A DNA stretch of 64,000 nt from Callorhinchus milii (Eukaryota), in contig NW_024704742.1 of NCBI RefSeq assembly GCF_018977255.1, forward strand, positions 76,882,001-76,946,000, read 5' to 3'. Positions 1 through 44,634 of the stretch are shown here, one piece after another. Position 1 is the stretch's first letter. Every line of letters starts with the position of its first letter. The notes under the pieces are model-generated. The model was not told where the DNA came from. It did not search any database and saw nothing but the letters and a program-made list of their open reading frames with translations. Made by a program: the position numbers and the translations under genes.

Positions 1-19
1 AGCCTAATCAGTTATATTT

Positions 20-310
20 GGATTCCCATATGTCATTCTCAGGCTGTACAATGCTTTGGTCAGACTGCACATTGAGTATTGTGTACAGTTGTGGTCACCA
101 CAATATAAAGGGCTAGCAAGCCCAGAAACTGCGCAGAGGAAAGAGGATGATTCCCGGTGCTAGAGGAATGAGCTATAAACAAGAATTAGACGAGCTAGGG
201 TCTTCAGTCTGGAGAGAAGTCATCTCAGAGGGGACCTCATAGAGCTATATAAAATTTTAAATTGGATTGATAATATAAACCCAGATCAATATTTTAGGAT
301 ACACAGGAAA
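20..310 (+). mobile_element. CR1-like LINE 3' fragment
   Basis: LVRLHIEYCVQLWSP and GDLIELYKIL-type motifs; similar fragments at 7860-8210, 9560-9630 and 43655-43845. Confidence 0.75.
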
Positions 311-828
311 TTGGGTTTCTGGAGGAATGAGATCAAATGAACCGAAGGATCTTCTTACAAACCAATTTTGATACAGAATGCCGTGACTACTAGTCTCTGA
401 AAAGTAATTTTGGATTGGAGCTGGCAAACCCAAAGCAATAAGGTTATTGAGGCTTCTTTGCAGGAAGCCTGAAAGTCTTTCTCCAGTAGAAGCAAGAGTG
501 ATGTTAACTGGAGCAAGTTGGAGGCCTGGAATTTCTTTGAGTCTTAGCCTTAGGGCCACTGTCTTAAAATTTAAGGTTGTGCAGAACTTTGGAAAATTCT
601 TAAAAAGAACAGAGGGAAAACAGTGCCAAATTAAAATGCATGTAATAATTTTCACAAATGTTGCATATTCGTAATTTGTAAGACCATTGTGTTTTGGCTA
701 AGACAATGAGGGGCTTCGGACCTCAACATCCTTAGTCCATTAAGGTAGGTATTAAAATAGTGGATTGCTGCAGTTGGACTGCTCAGCCTCCTGCTCACTG
801 CATAGAACTCAGTATTAATGAAGTAAGT

Positions 829-1150
829 GGAGTCCTGTAGCTCAGTGGTTAGAGCACTCGCTTTGCAAGTGAGAGACCTGAGTTCAATTCCAGGCAGGGC
901 GAAACCTTGGGCAAGTTTCCTTACTCCACACACCTAATAATAATCCCTCCAAAAAAACAACAATAATAAATTGGTCATTTTCAATCTACGACTGTTTGTG
1001 GGACATTGCTGTGCGCAATTGGCTGCCGCGTTCGCCCACAAATATACAGTCAATTCACTTTACAGTGTGTTCTGTGAAGCGCTTTGGGACGTCCTCCCGA
1101 CGTGAAAAGCGCTATATCAAATGCAAGGATTATTATTATTATTATTATTA
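829..1150 (+). mobile_element. tRNA(Ala-like)-derived SINE, full length, with L2-type tail and (ATT)n end
   Basis: A box TAGCTCAGTGG, B box GTTCAATTCC, anticodon-like loop TTTGCAA, tail gacgtcctcccgacgtgaaaagcgctatatcaaatgcaagg(att)n; near-identical copies elsewhere in the window. Confidence 0.9.
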
Positions 1151-1656
1151 TAGTACAATTACAGAGAATTGCATAGAACATTGCAGCACAGAAATGTATC
1201 ATTTCAACCAACTTGTCTGCATGATCGAACTAGTCCATGTTGCCCAACTAGTACCAGATGAGATAACCTGGAATGTTGGAGACTTCTCTCCCTGTAGCAA
1301 CATCTTATACCTTCAAAGGTATTGTTGTGCTGCTGCATTGTATGGCTTTGTAGAGCTGCAGAATCATCATCATCATAATAATTAATAATAATAATCCTTG
1401 CATGTGATATAGTGTCTTTCACATCAGGAGGACATCTCAAAGCACATCACAGGATATCCTGTAAAATGCAGTGATTGTGTATTTTGTAGGTGAATGTCTG
1501 TGTATTTTCAACCTCAGGTCTGTTGATGTGATGGTTTTATTTTGCAGATGAATTGTGTAATCCTGAATTAAACGGGATGGTTCTCAGTCTCCACAGGATG
1601 GGAAGCCACTCTCCTCTTTCCCCCACCCAGACTGCACAGACATAAGAAAATGTAAT

Positions 1657-1972
1657 TAATAATAATAATCCTTGTATCTGATATAGCGCTTTTCACGTCT
1701 TCTAGATGTCCCAAAGCGCTTCACAGAATATACTGTAAAGTGAATTGACTGTATATTTGTGGGTGAACGCGGCAGACAATTGTGCACAGCAGTGTCCCAC
1801 AAACAGTCATGGATTGAAATGATCAATTTTATTATTGTTTTTTTTGGAGGGATTATTATTAGGCTCTGTGTGGAGTAAGGAAACTTGCCCAAGGTTTCGC
1901 CCTCTGCCGGGAATTGAACTCAGGTCTCTCACTTGCAAAGCAAGTGCTCTAACCACTGAGCTACAGGACTTC
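1657..1972 (-). mobile_element. Same tRNA-SINE, full length
   Basis: Reverse-complement match to 829-1150. Confidence 0.9.
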
Positions 1973-2401
1973 ACTGTATAATTGCCAAAAGTGGGAGAAA
2001 TCAGGGCTTTTCTGACCCTTGATCTATCCAATTCAGCCTCTAAAACTTTCAAATGCAAGTTTGGTGTTTTGTGACCTCTTTCCCTCCCCTTTATTACACT
2101 CTTTCTTGGCTTATTCTGGAGGAAGCTGATGTGTAGGCCACAAGGCTGTTTGTTCTGTCGCAGTCATTCTGAGTTTTAGTCTGATCATTACATTGCTCGT
2201 TCTTGTTGTGAAGATTCATGGCTATTTGAGTGCTGTTTAAAATGAGACTTGCCAAATATCATTCTGAGTATCCAGTATTCTCATGGCAACAATACCCTGA
2301 ACACTTTGAGGACCTTTATCTGTCTAGAATTTTTTTTCAAGGAGAGCATCTCATTATCAGGTTCTAGTTTTAAAAACTGAATATCTCTGATGATTCAGGA
2401 A

Positions 2402-2691
2402 TAATATAAAAATAATCCTTGCATTTGATGTAGCGCTTTTCACGTCTTCTTGACGTCTCAAAGCGCTTTACAGAATATACTGTAAAGTGAATTGACTGTA
2501 TATTTGTGGGTGAAACGTGGCAGCCATTTATGCACAGCAGTGTCCCACAAACAGTCATGGATTGAAATGACCAATTTTATTATTGTTTTTTTTTCTTGAG
2601 GGATTATTATCAGGCGTTTGGAGTAAGAAAACCTGCCCAAGCCTTGTCGGGAATCAAACCCAGGGCTTTAACCACTGAGCTACAGGGCTCC
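2402..2691 (-). mobile_element. Same tRNA-SINE with an internal deletion in the head
   Basis: Reverse-complement match to 829-1150. Confidence 0.85.
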
Positions 2692-3504
2692 CTTTTTATG
2701 TTTCATTCAAACCTATCAAACCAGAATCATCAGCCTTGCAACTCTCCCTTCCCCGATCATCATGTAGATGACTCATTAAATTGGTTTGACCCATTAATTT
2801 TATACAATGATGGCTCCTTGATGGCTGTCTCCGATTCAAAAATATGTCATCCTATCCAAAGCTACTGACTTGCTCAAGTAGTTCACCTGCAGAATATTGT
2901 TACACATCACTTGTTTGTGAAACAGCAGCAGAATACTCTTCATTCCTGACATTGTACTGAAGTAGATGATTGTTTTGACAATCTGGTGTGATGGATTGCA
3001 CTCTTGCGACACCTGACACCTCAAGTAGTGTACATTCAAGTATTGTGACTCCAGACTCGGGAGAAATATCCATGTATTGGTGGCATACATATGCAGAACT
3101 CTTGCCTGGTTTGGGCAGCCATAAGCACAGTGATGGGTTTCTTCATACATTAGTCACCTGGCTGACCAAAAAAAAACAGGGCTGTGACCCAATTTACAAT
3201 TGGTAACATGGGGACATGCACTGATGCTTTGGATGCTGCCTCAGGCTAATGGCAGAATCAATTGAGCACCTTTGTGGAACGTTACCCTTTGGCATTAAAA
3301 GTGGATGCCACTTATATTGCTCTTGTGGTGCAAGTTCTCGTAAGAGCATTGTCATAAACCTTAACTGCTAAATAGAAGGTTTTATATTCTCTGCCTTTCG
3401 TACAGTCTAATTTCTGTTGTATCGCCTAGAACCTAGGGCCCCTTGGGCCTTCAATACATTATTATCAAGATACCAGCCCCACCAGAGGTGAGCTGCACAT
3501 TGAT

Positions 3505-4310
3505 TCATTGATCGTTAGCACGGTCGAAAAGGAAGGTTTTCAGGCAGAACTTGAAAAAGGGGAGAGAGGGGTAAAGGCAGAGGGATTGAGGGAGAGTGTT
3601 CCAGAGTTTCGGGGCGTAGTGGCATGGTCGACTGCATCGAACGCGGCAAAGAGATCCAGGAGGATGAGGAGCAGAGGGAGCCCTGATAACAGACAGAGAG
3701 GACATTGTTTTTGACTTTGATAAGCGCCATCTCTGTGCTGTGGGTAGGGCAAAAAACAGACTGCAGGGGCTTGAGGAGGAGGGGAGAGAAAGGTATGACC
3801 AAAGTTGACCTAAAACAATGTGTCCCAGGAGTTTGGCAAGGAAGGGTAGGTTGGAAATGGGATGGTAGTGTGAGATTAGAGGGATCGAGGTTGGGTTTTT
3901 TGAGGAGGGGTGTGATGACAGTAGTTTTCAGGGGGAGTGGAACAGAGACTGAGGAGAGAGACTGGTTGACCGTGTCAGCCAGCAGGGGGGAGAGGAGGGG
4001 GAGTTGAGTGACCGGCAGCTGGGTGGGGAGGGGATCATGGCAGCAGGTGGTGAACTTCAGGGGGTGATTGAGAGGGAGGAGGGAGAAATGGGGTCAAAGG
4101 AGTGTAAGGAGGCGGAAGTGGCAGGAGCTGTGGCGGAGGGAGAAGGCGGTGTGGATGGGTGGGGTGGAAGGGGACATGGGGAGAGGACGATGCAGCCAAG
4201 CAAATGTTTTCAATCTTTGAGGTGAAGAAGTCTAGCTCCTCTTTGCATTTGGCATTTGATGTGAGGATAGAGGGAGCTTGAGGAGGTGCATGGAGGAGGT
4301 GATGGATGGT
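3505..4310 (-). mobile_element. L2 LINE fragments
   Basis: HSTEMALIKV and LLDLFAAFDAVDH on -; purine-rich + strand. Confidence 0.8.
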
Positions 4311-4784
4311 TTGCCCACAAATATACAGTCAATTCACTTTACAGTATATTCTGTGAAGCGCTTTGGGACGTCTAGAAGACGTGAAAAGCGCTATATCAAA
4401 TGCAAAGATTATTATTATTATTATTATGGTGGAAAACAGTGTATTTAGGTTGTTTTTAGCCTCCAGGATAACTTTGGATCCTAAAACATTGGCTGTACAT
4501 CAGGGACACTGCTTGTGGACATAAGAAATTTCAACTCTTGGCTTCCCAAAATAATCTAGGTTTGGGCTTCAAACCAAACCAAGGCTTGAGCCCATAATCT
4601 GGGAGAACACACCAGTGCAGCACTGAGACAATGTTGCATTGTCACAAGTGCATTCACGAGAGTCACAAATTGTTTTGTGATTAGTGAATCCTAAAATGAA
4701 AAGAATAATCCTTTTCTAAGAGTGCCATAGGATCCTTAATTTCGAATCAAACAGGGAGGCAGAGGGAACAGAATACAGTAATAC

Positions 4785-5105
4785 AATAATTTGATACAGC
4801 ACCTTATCACGTCATTGAAATGTCTCAAAGGGCTTCATGGAATATACTACAAAGTGAATTGACCATATATTTGTGCGTTAAACGTGGCAACCAATTGCGC
4901 ACAGCAGTGTCCCACAAATAGTCGTTGATTGAAGTGACCAATTTATTATTATTATTTTTGAAGGAATTATTACTCCTGTAAAAGTGATCCGCCAATCGGC
5001 TAACAACCGGGTACCTACTTACTGCGAGGTAAACAGAGGCCTTGATCAAAGAAAACTTGCATAACATTTCGCCCTACTGAGAATCGGACCCAAGTCTCTC
5101 GCATG
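4785..5105 (-). mobile_element. Related longer tRNA-SINE subfamily (extra insert ...ccgccaatcggctaacaaccggg...)
   Basis: Shares body and tail with the 829 SINE; the extra segment also occurs at 59480-59540, 60605-60680 and 62270-62340. Confidence 0.75.
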
Positions 5106-5786
5106 TGGCTTTTAAACATTCTGTGTATTATTTTGAACTAGAGCAAGTCAATTCTTCAGGCCAATATTTATCCCTCGTCCAAATGTACCAAAAAAACCAA
5201 GTCAAATATTGTCATTTCTCTCATTGTTGCTTGCAATGTTGGTGGCACAAAATAGGCTACAATGTTTTCCATGTGTCAAAGTAACTTATTCCGTGAAGTG
5301 CTTTGAGATATTTTTGACACAATAATGCACTGTGACAAGTTCAAGTATTATTATATTATTGAAACCAATATAGCTTTTGTATCCTGTCAGATTCCTGTTT
5401 GGATGGGATATTCTTTGGTGTTACTCAATGGTTAGGGACATGTATCCAAGCTGAAGGTAGATGATATTGGCAATGCTCTCACAAATGCTGTACTGTTCAC
5501 CAGGCTGCTCATAAGTAGCTCCTGGTACATGCTATTTACCTCATGAGTGTTCAGACCTGCACTTGCCAGATGTCAAATAACCAATGAGTGACTATCCTCC
5601 TGAGTAGGGGTTGGGGTAGGTGGAGGTAAGCGAGATCTCCTTGGGGTTGAGCTGGCTCCAAGATGCTTGGCAATGGAATGGTAAAATAGTTTAATTCTCT
5701 ATGGTGGTCTGAATCTGGTTCTTTAGCCAGGCAGGTCCACTATAGTCCAGGGTACCGTTGATGTTAGTCCAGCAGCCTGGCTATAA

Positions 5787-6293
5787 ACAAAACGCAAAAT
5801 ACTGCAGATGCTGCAAATCTGAAAATAAAAACAGAAGTCGCTGGGAACACTCAGCAGGTCCGGCAGCAGTCATCTGGTAATGGTCACAGAAGAGGGGTAG
5901 GGGAAATGTGAGCTGTTATGGTCTGAAATTATTGAAATCAATATTGAGGCCAGAGGGCTGTAAGATACTTAGCTTACATTCCCCCTCCCCCTCCACTGGG
6001 ATCATTACCACATCAGCTGGGTCCCAGACACACGCTTTGTTGCAATCTCCCCCATTTATTTTACATCATTAATACTTCTTTAAACTATCATCCCCTGTCC
6101 TCTACCCCATTTTCTCCCATGTCTTCCTTGCCCTGCCTCTCCCTCTCTGTTAGCCCTTAAAATCCTCTCCCTCTCAACATGCTCCCGTTCTGATGAAGTG
6201 TTGTGGACCCGAAACATTGACTCACTTCGTTTCTCCATAGATGCTGCCTGACCTGCTGAGTGTTCCCAGTGACTTCTGTTTTTTGTTTTCAGA
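5787..6293. mobile_element. Penelope-like element with inverted pseudo-LTR arrangement
   Basis: 5871-5965 matches about 58405-58497 in direct orientation and 5975-6293 matches 58037-58445 reversed; about 50-nt inverted termini. Confidence 0.78.
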
Positions 6294-9200
6294 CAGCTTG
6301 ACTTATTGGTAGGATATGAAGGGGTAGACTGTGCCTGAGGCAGGGATTCTTACCCCTGTTACTCCTGTTAACCTTAGAAGCCAAAGTCCTAGCCGATAGG
6401 GAGAGAGTGATCCTAACTGGACACACAATGGGAAAGTTTGCCAGACAGAACTCTCATGGCATGCTATGGTTAGCTGGTTAAACTCCAGGAGTACCCCAAC
6501 ACATACTCAGGGTCCCCAAGCCTTGACTCTCACCAACCTGTGCCAAATATGAATTAGGTAAAAAGAATGAATCTCTCAAGAATGCATATTTTATTCCAGA
6601 CACCGGGAAATTTCCACGTGGAGGTGCTATGCATATGTGGGATTCTGTGTGTTTTGGATATGCTTAAGCATGGTGATGGGTTTCCGCATGTAGCAGATAC
6701 TGGCTGACCAAAAAAAAATTGTATTCAAAGAATGAACAACCTGTAAAGAATTAAGAAACTTGCTGTTATGATAAATTATCTGACATTATTTCCTTTAATG
6801 CTGCATCCCTTGTTCTTTCAATTAAACTACCACAATAACTTAACATTTATATAGTGCTCTTCACACTGGGTAGCGTCCTGGAGCGCTTGCTATAAAAACT
6901 ATTTTTCATAGTACCCTCATTTATTTTCCTCTTGCTAACCAGGCAGACCATAGATACTTAGCTTCCAACTGCACATTGCAGCTTTTCTCGCAGTTGTATA
7001 AATGCAGCATTGAATTTCGTACTATATTCCTCAGAGCCCCTGTACCTTTTAAATTGCTTTTCAAGCCTTCAAACCTTGTCAAAAAAAACACAGCTCTTCA
7101 TTGTATCTCTGATCTGCCTGACTGTAAGATTTTGTCTTTAAGAATTGACTGTTCATTCAGTGTCGCTTATTAACTGTTGCATGAAAACTGACCTTGTGTT
7201 CTCAAACCAGTAACAGAATGATTTTTGTGTGTGTTTGACGTAGTTCTTTTCCTTTACACTTTTGTTCCCCTTTTTCGTGTAGAATTCAAATTTTACGCAT
7301 GCTTTTTGATGAAAATAAGCCATATATTTTGGTTGTACTCTGTGGCATTATCTCCATGGGCTAAATTTTTTCCAGCTGGTTTCTGTAAAATGCGTGAATA
7401 ACAAAATGCTAATCAAGTTTTCTGTCTTACTTTCCACTAAATAAATGGTTCTTATGTGTGAGCATATAATCTCGTATTTCCTGGTATATCATTTAGGATT
7501 GACGTGTGCAGCTAAACTCTTAAAAGTCTTGATTATTCCTCAAAACTCCTATCCTTTTTCGCTGTTGATTGAGCTCCCATCATTGAAAGTTTATACCTTT
7601 TGCTTCAATTGTATTGCCAAGCAGTTTGGTTCATTGATGGATCCAGTTATGGATGCAGACAGTTGTGTGTGGTAAGAGACAACTCAATTCTGAATGTTCC
7701 TTATATGCTGTAAAACTGAAAAGTATTCAATATCAAGTGTGGTGCAGAATATGGGCTTGAAATAGTATAAACTGATTGAAGGAGCTTGTAATTTCAGCGC
7801 AGGTATTTTATGCCATGTTAACACTGCATGTGTTGTATCAATTCAGCATGATGATTAGACAAGATAGGGCTCTTCAGTCTTGAGAGAAGATAACTCAGAC
7901 GGGACTTCATAGAAGTGTATAACATTTTAAATGGGATTGAAAAAGTAAACCCAGATCAATATTTTCGATGCATCAAAAAAGCGGAACAAGAAGACATAGG
8001 TTTAGAGTTGTATAGGACAACCTCAGGACAAAGACCAGGAAGTATTTCTTTCTGCATAGGGTAATTAATGAACAGGTTACCCGAAAGTAACTCACTTAAA
8101 ACACAGCTTGATGTTGTATTGGGAGGAGGGGGCTGGGGGAGCGTTAGGTGGTAGGTTGGGTATTCCAGACAGATGAGATCAGATGGGCTGAAAGGCCTTT
8201 TTCGTCCAAACCAATCGTGTCACAATAGCACAGAATCTACATGAAAAAACAGATATTTTGTCAGGGATTCTTTATGTACAGGTGCAGCACAAGTGCAGAC
8301 AGTGAATCTATTCAACATCAACTTATAAACAATAATAATTAATCCTTGCGTTTGATATAGTGCCTTATCACATCATTGAAACGTCTCAAAGTGCTTCATA
8401 GAATATACTGTAAAGTGAATTGGCTGTATATTTTGTGGGCGAATGCACATAGGCCACTAAAATCTCTTGGGACAGTACTTTACCGACTAGTAATGTTTTA
8501 ACGGATCTAATAAAAGACTGGCACACTTCCAACACTTCAAAAACTTTAGCAAAGGAACCGTCTTTTCGCTTATTGTTGCATGTGCAGAGTGCTGCACAGT
8601 CCAGGCGAATGAGATTTTGAAGTGGGAATACAAATCTTAATTTCAGCTCATAGTGATATACTTTTGGAAGCAGTTTTCAATTCATTTCCAGCAGTCCAAC
8701 ATGGCATTAAATGACAATTCTCTAGCTATTTCTCCATATATTTTTCGTCAGTTGAGTATCTGACACTTGCGGAAACCCATCACCATGCTTAAGATCATCC
8801 AAACTAGACTGAGAGTTTCACATGCATTTGCATACGTTCAAATACACATGGAAATTTCCCTGAATCTGGAAAGGAATGCGCACTCAGTCCCTGGAGGGAC
8901 ACAGCCTGCTTACTGAATTCCAGGGAGTGTTAAACACAGGTTGGCAAGAGACGAGGCTTGGGGACCCAGAGTGTGCGTTGAGGTATTTATGGAGTCTAAA
9001 CAGCTATAATTGTGCCATTATCCTGGCCAATCATCCCTAAGATAAAATGGGTCACTGACTTTGTGGCTGTTTGTGGGAAATTGTTGTGCGCAAACTGGCT
9101 GCTGCCTTTGCCTGCAAATCCACAGTCACCATTTTCTGCAGTAAATCCTGTGAAGTCCTTTTTGAGATATTTTGGCACTGTAATTAGGTACTATAATCAA

Positions 9201-9826
9201 ATGTAAGCATTATGATTATATAACAATAGTGAAGGAAATGCTGCTTTATGGTCCTATCAAGGTATTTGTTGATCAGCTAATTTTGTGTTTGTTTATGAAT
9301 TTGGGAGTCAACTTTTCGTACTATGCCTATAACTTACTTGTGAAAATACGAGCAGTATGTAGCATTAAAGGTACATTTCATTCAGGAAGGAGTTCTTTCC
9401 CAATTTTCAAGGTAGACACCCATATGTGCCAGGATTGAGGCAGCTGGGTGGATATTGTGTGAAATATTAATGCATTACTCATACCAGCTGCTATCCAAAC
9501 AACCTAAAAGGTAACTCTAACACTTGTCTAGAAAATATATCACATCCATAGAGAGAATACAGTGAAGGTTCATTTAGGTTATAGGAATGAGATTATAGTT
9601 AAATGGATAGACTCGAAAAGTTAGTGCTTTGTTTTCTGGAGCAGAGATGGTTAAAAGACTATCTAATAGAGTTTTTCAAATTTATGAGACTCTCACAAGC
9701 TCTCCTCAGCCCCCCTCCCCTGACTCACCACCTTGGGCTGTCAGGAAACACCTCAAAATGCTTCACAATACTGACTGATATGAAAGTCACTATATGAATG
9801 TAAATTATTGTTGTTGTTAAATAGCG

Positions 9827-10070
9827 GAGTGGGCGGTGTATAATTTGAATTTTTTTGGTTTAAACATCCTGGTGCTCACTCAACCCGGCTATCAGTGTTT
9901 GATTTGACCTTTGCATATTTGTCCTTTGGCCAGCTGTGTGTTATGAAATCAACCTCGCCAGTGGATTAAATTGAGCATTACATACTGCTTCAGAAACAGA
10001 TGCGATAGCTCAGTTGGCAGAGCACCAGGAAGTTTAAACCAGAAAATTCAAATCATACGAAGTCCAACTC
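9827..10070. repeat. Inverted repeat or MITE-like hairpin (about 65-nt arms, about 110-nt spacer)
   Basis: 9827-9893 is the imperfect reverse complement of 10004-10070. Confidence 0.75.
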
Positions 10071-11003
10071 AACTCTTCACCCTTTCTGATGGACCAGAAC
10101 CCTGGCTTTGCAGGCTATAAAATCATTATGCTTTGCTCTTATAATGTTTCTCATGTCTTTGAGTTTTCTATTAGCTTCACGGTCCAATCCTACATCAGAT
10201 GGCTGGTTTCTTTCTCCTGGGCAAAAAATCAAGACAAATGTTAGGTGAATTTTTATGTGTATTTTGTAACACAATTGTTTCACAATTCCTTAAAGGACTC
10301 GGTATGTTACCAGGGAAAATAATAAAATAATAACTTTGTTGGCCAGGAAACCCCTCCATTCTATCCATATAGTGCCATAGGATTTTTACTGTGACTGAAT
10401 TTAATTGAATTACATTTAACTTGTGCTGGTGTTTCACAGTTGCACTGCTTGGGAAAACTTGCAAACCAAGTATCGACATGCGCAGAATTTCTGTCCGAAC
10501 TCTGTGCTGATTTCAATTCTACATCAGAGCCTCGATACGGATAAGTGAACTTACAGATTGTCTATGGGGTTGTGTAGTGATTTACTGTACTGTTACAAGG
10601 TTTGATCTTTGAATTCCCTCTTCTGATCCTGCATGTCCTCAAAACATTTCCCCATGGAACCTATGTGTGTGTACATGATGACATTCAAGCGCTTTTCAGT
10701 CTATGGAAGCTCATTGGAGGTCTATTTTAAACTGAAATGGCCAAAATTGGAGCTTGCGATGTTTTGCACCCTAGGGATTTTATTGCTCATTATTCATATA
10801 GACAATGGTCCAGTTGTTGACTGGCTTCAGGGGTGTCCACAGACAATTACATTAGGTGGTTTGGCTGCACAGCTAATTCAGCATCATTTTCACAGTGTTT
10901 GTTGCTTGATTCATTGTATGGTTTCTTCCCTGTGAAGAGTAGAACAGCACACGTTGTCAATACAATGGGGTTTATTGTTTTTCTTTCTATTATCTTACAT
11001 AAG

Positions 11004-42660
<31,657 letters not shown>

Positions 42661-44624
42661 TCATCCCTCTCGAGCAATTCCTGAGAGTATCAGCAATAAA
42701 CAAATACCTGCGTACGGGTAAGAGTGATACACAGATCATGGATGGAAGAGTGCAAAATAAGGCTGATCTAAAATGCTGTGTTATTAGTTTCTGAATGTAA
42801 TCATGTGTCTCCTCCAATTTGCTGTCTTACATGTTAAGCAGGTGTTTTCTATTGTACTGTAAGTGTTTAATTTAGTTTGTTCCTCAATACAAATAAAAAA
42901 CTGAGAATTGTTCTTTATGAGATAGAAATATTTATAGGATATTTGTTTTTACTTGAAAGGCAGACATTCATGGACAGTTGCTGGTTCAATAAATTTATTT
43001 ACCAATAGGGGTAATTTATTTTAATGTAGTTTTTGTGTTTAAAGATTCTGAATGAAGCAGGAGGAAAAAAACCTCATCATTAGTTATTACAAATCCTGTG
43101 GAAACATATCGTTAATTTGGCGAACACAAAATTATGTAAGTGTTTTCATCACTGGACCTGGAGGATTAATCACCAGAAGAACTCAAAACCTTTATTGGAA
43201 TTGTTACGTTGCTGGTAGCTATGAGCTTGTAATTGTGAGTTTCATTGTGCAGGACAACTTGTGCCTCGTTAAGTTTACTGAAATGTGAGTTTCCTGAAGC
43301 CGGCTGGTCTGTGTCAGAAGTGACATCAGGGTTACCTGATGACCTAGAAATGGGATTGACTGCCTTGCTTTCTTTAAAGCTGGCCCAATTTTCTGGATCT
43401 GAAACAATGCATTATACTTTGTGTGTACGTGATCGTGTCTTGCCTTTTTAAATGTGTACAGATGGGGCCATTCTCTTACATACAAACTGCTGTTAACTTT
43501 TTCTGTATGATTCTCGTCTATAGTGGCCAGTGGTTTCTTACTTCAAAAAAATTCTAGACGTATTGTTGAAACTAAATCAGACTGTACTATGTTTACGGAT
43601 AGCTTTAAATATGATCTTTTCGTAGTGTCCATTATGGGACTAAATGTTACACTAGGCAAAGAATGTTACCAGGCCTAAAAGGGTTAAGTTACGAGGAAAG
43701 GCTGCGTAAACCTGGATTGTATTCCCCTGAGTTTAGAAGATTGAAGCGTGATTTGATTGAGATGTTTAAGATGATGAAGGGATATGATAGGGTAGATACA
43801 GAGAAGCTATTTACTCTGGTGGGGGAATCCAAAACAAGGGGCATGAGAAAGAAGTGCATCAGCTAACTGTGCACATTTTAGTGGAACCACCTAACGTGCT
43901 TTCCTATAGAACAGGTTGGGATTTTATGGACCCAAGCACTGCATTATAAAGAGGTTCCATGATGACCCACATAGGATCACTGTATTGCCAAAGAAATACA
44001 TGTTATAAAGAAACTGCACTATTGGTTAAAGCTAGAATGAAAGAAGCTAGGATGTGGCAAACAATTATGCTTATTTGTTCTGTATAACTCTCTTAACCTG
44101 AACATGTAAGTACTGCAAAGGAAATTGAAATCATACTTGAGATATTTCATACTGAAATCCAGAAGAAAACAATGTACGTGGACATTAGTATGTGACCTCC
44201 TCAAATGGTGTGGCTAGGGTTCAGGCTGTCTCTGTCAACAACCCTCTTCTATTCCCTGTTACTGTAGCTCAGGTAAAGACTTATTTCATTGAGATGTTGA
44301 TCTATACTCAGTACTCTATTATTTAAAACCCACCCTCGAGGTCGAAATTGCGTAATAAATGCTAATGATGTAAATTAAGATGTCTGCCATAATTTGGGGA
44401 ATAAAGCAAAAACAATGTATTAATTTTACATTCATAATTCCTGTGCATGAATATATGTCTATATATATATTATATATGCTACTTATGAACAGTGTAGAAT
44501 ATATATTGAGTTACTGGTAACTCCACAAAAGTTGGAAAAAATATATCCGTGCAAGAAATATGAAAGTGTAGACCAAAGAAAAACTGAGGACACAACCAGG
44601 TGTGAAAAATAATTATATTAAAAA

Positions 44625-44634
44625 AATAAATAAA
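44625..44634 (+). terminator. Candidate distal polyadenylation signal of the TTC39B-like gene (tandem AATAAA)
   Basis: aataaataaa is followed about 30-70 nt later by GT-rich sequence (gtgtgcc...tgtatgtgttgtgtt). More proximal AATAAA sites also occur at 42695, 42892 and 42988. Confidence 0.4.

Noticed and set aside
829..902. Functional tRNA-Ala(UGC) genes at SINE heads (also 39610, 40630, 57231)
   Set aside because: The acceptor stem does not pair and each head continues into a SINE body and tail.
996..1385. ORFs ending in KCKDYYY (also 57128..57604, 40761..40970, 1656..1892)
   Set aside because: These are translations of SINE bodies and (ATT)n tails.
1548..10543. Candidate upstream TTC39 exons (about 1548-1651, 7625-7671 and 10440-10543), all able to end in phase 2
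   Set aside because: Splice signals are plausible but there is no recognisable homology to TTC39 N-termini; I cannot choose without transcript data.
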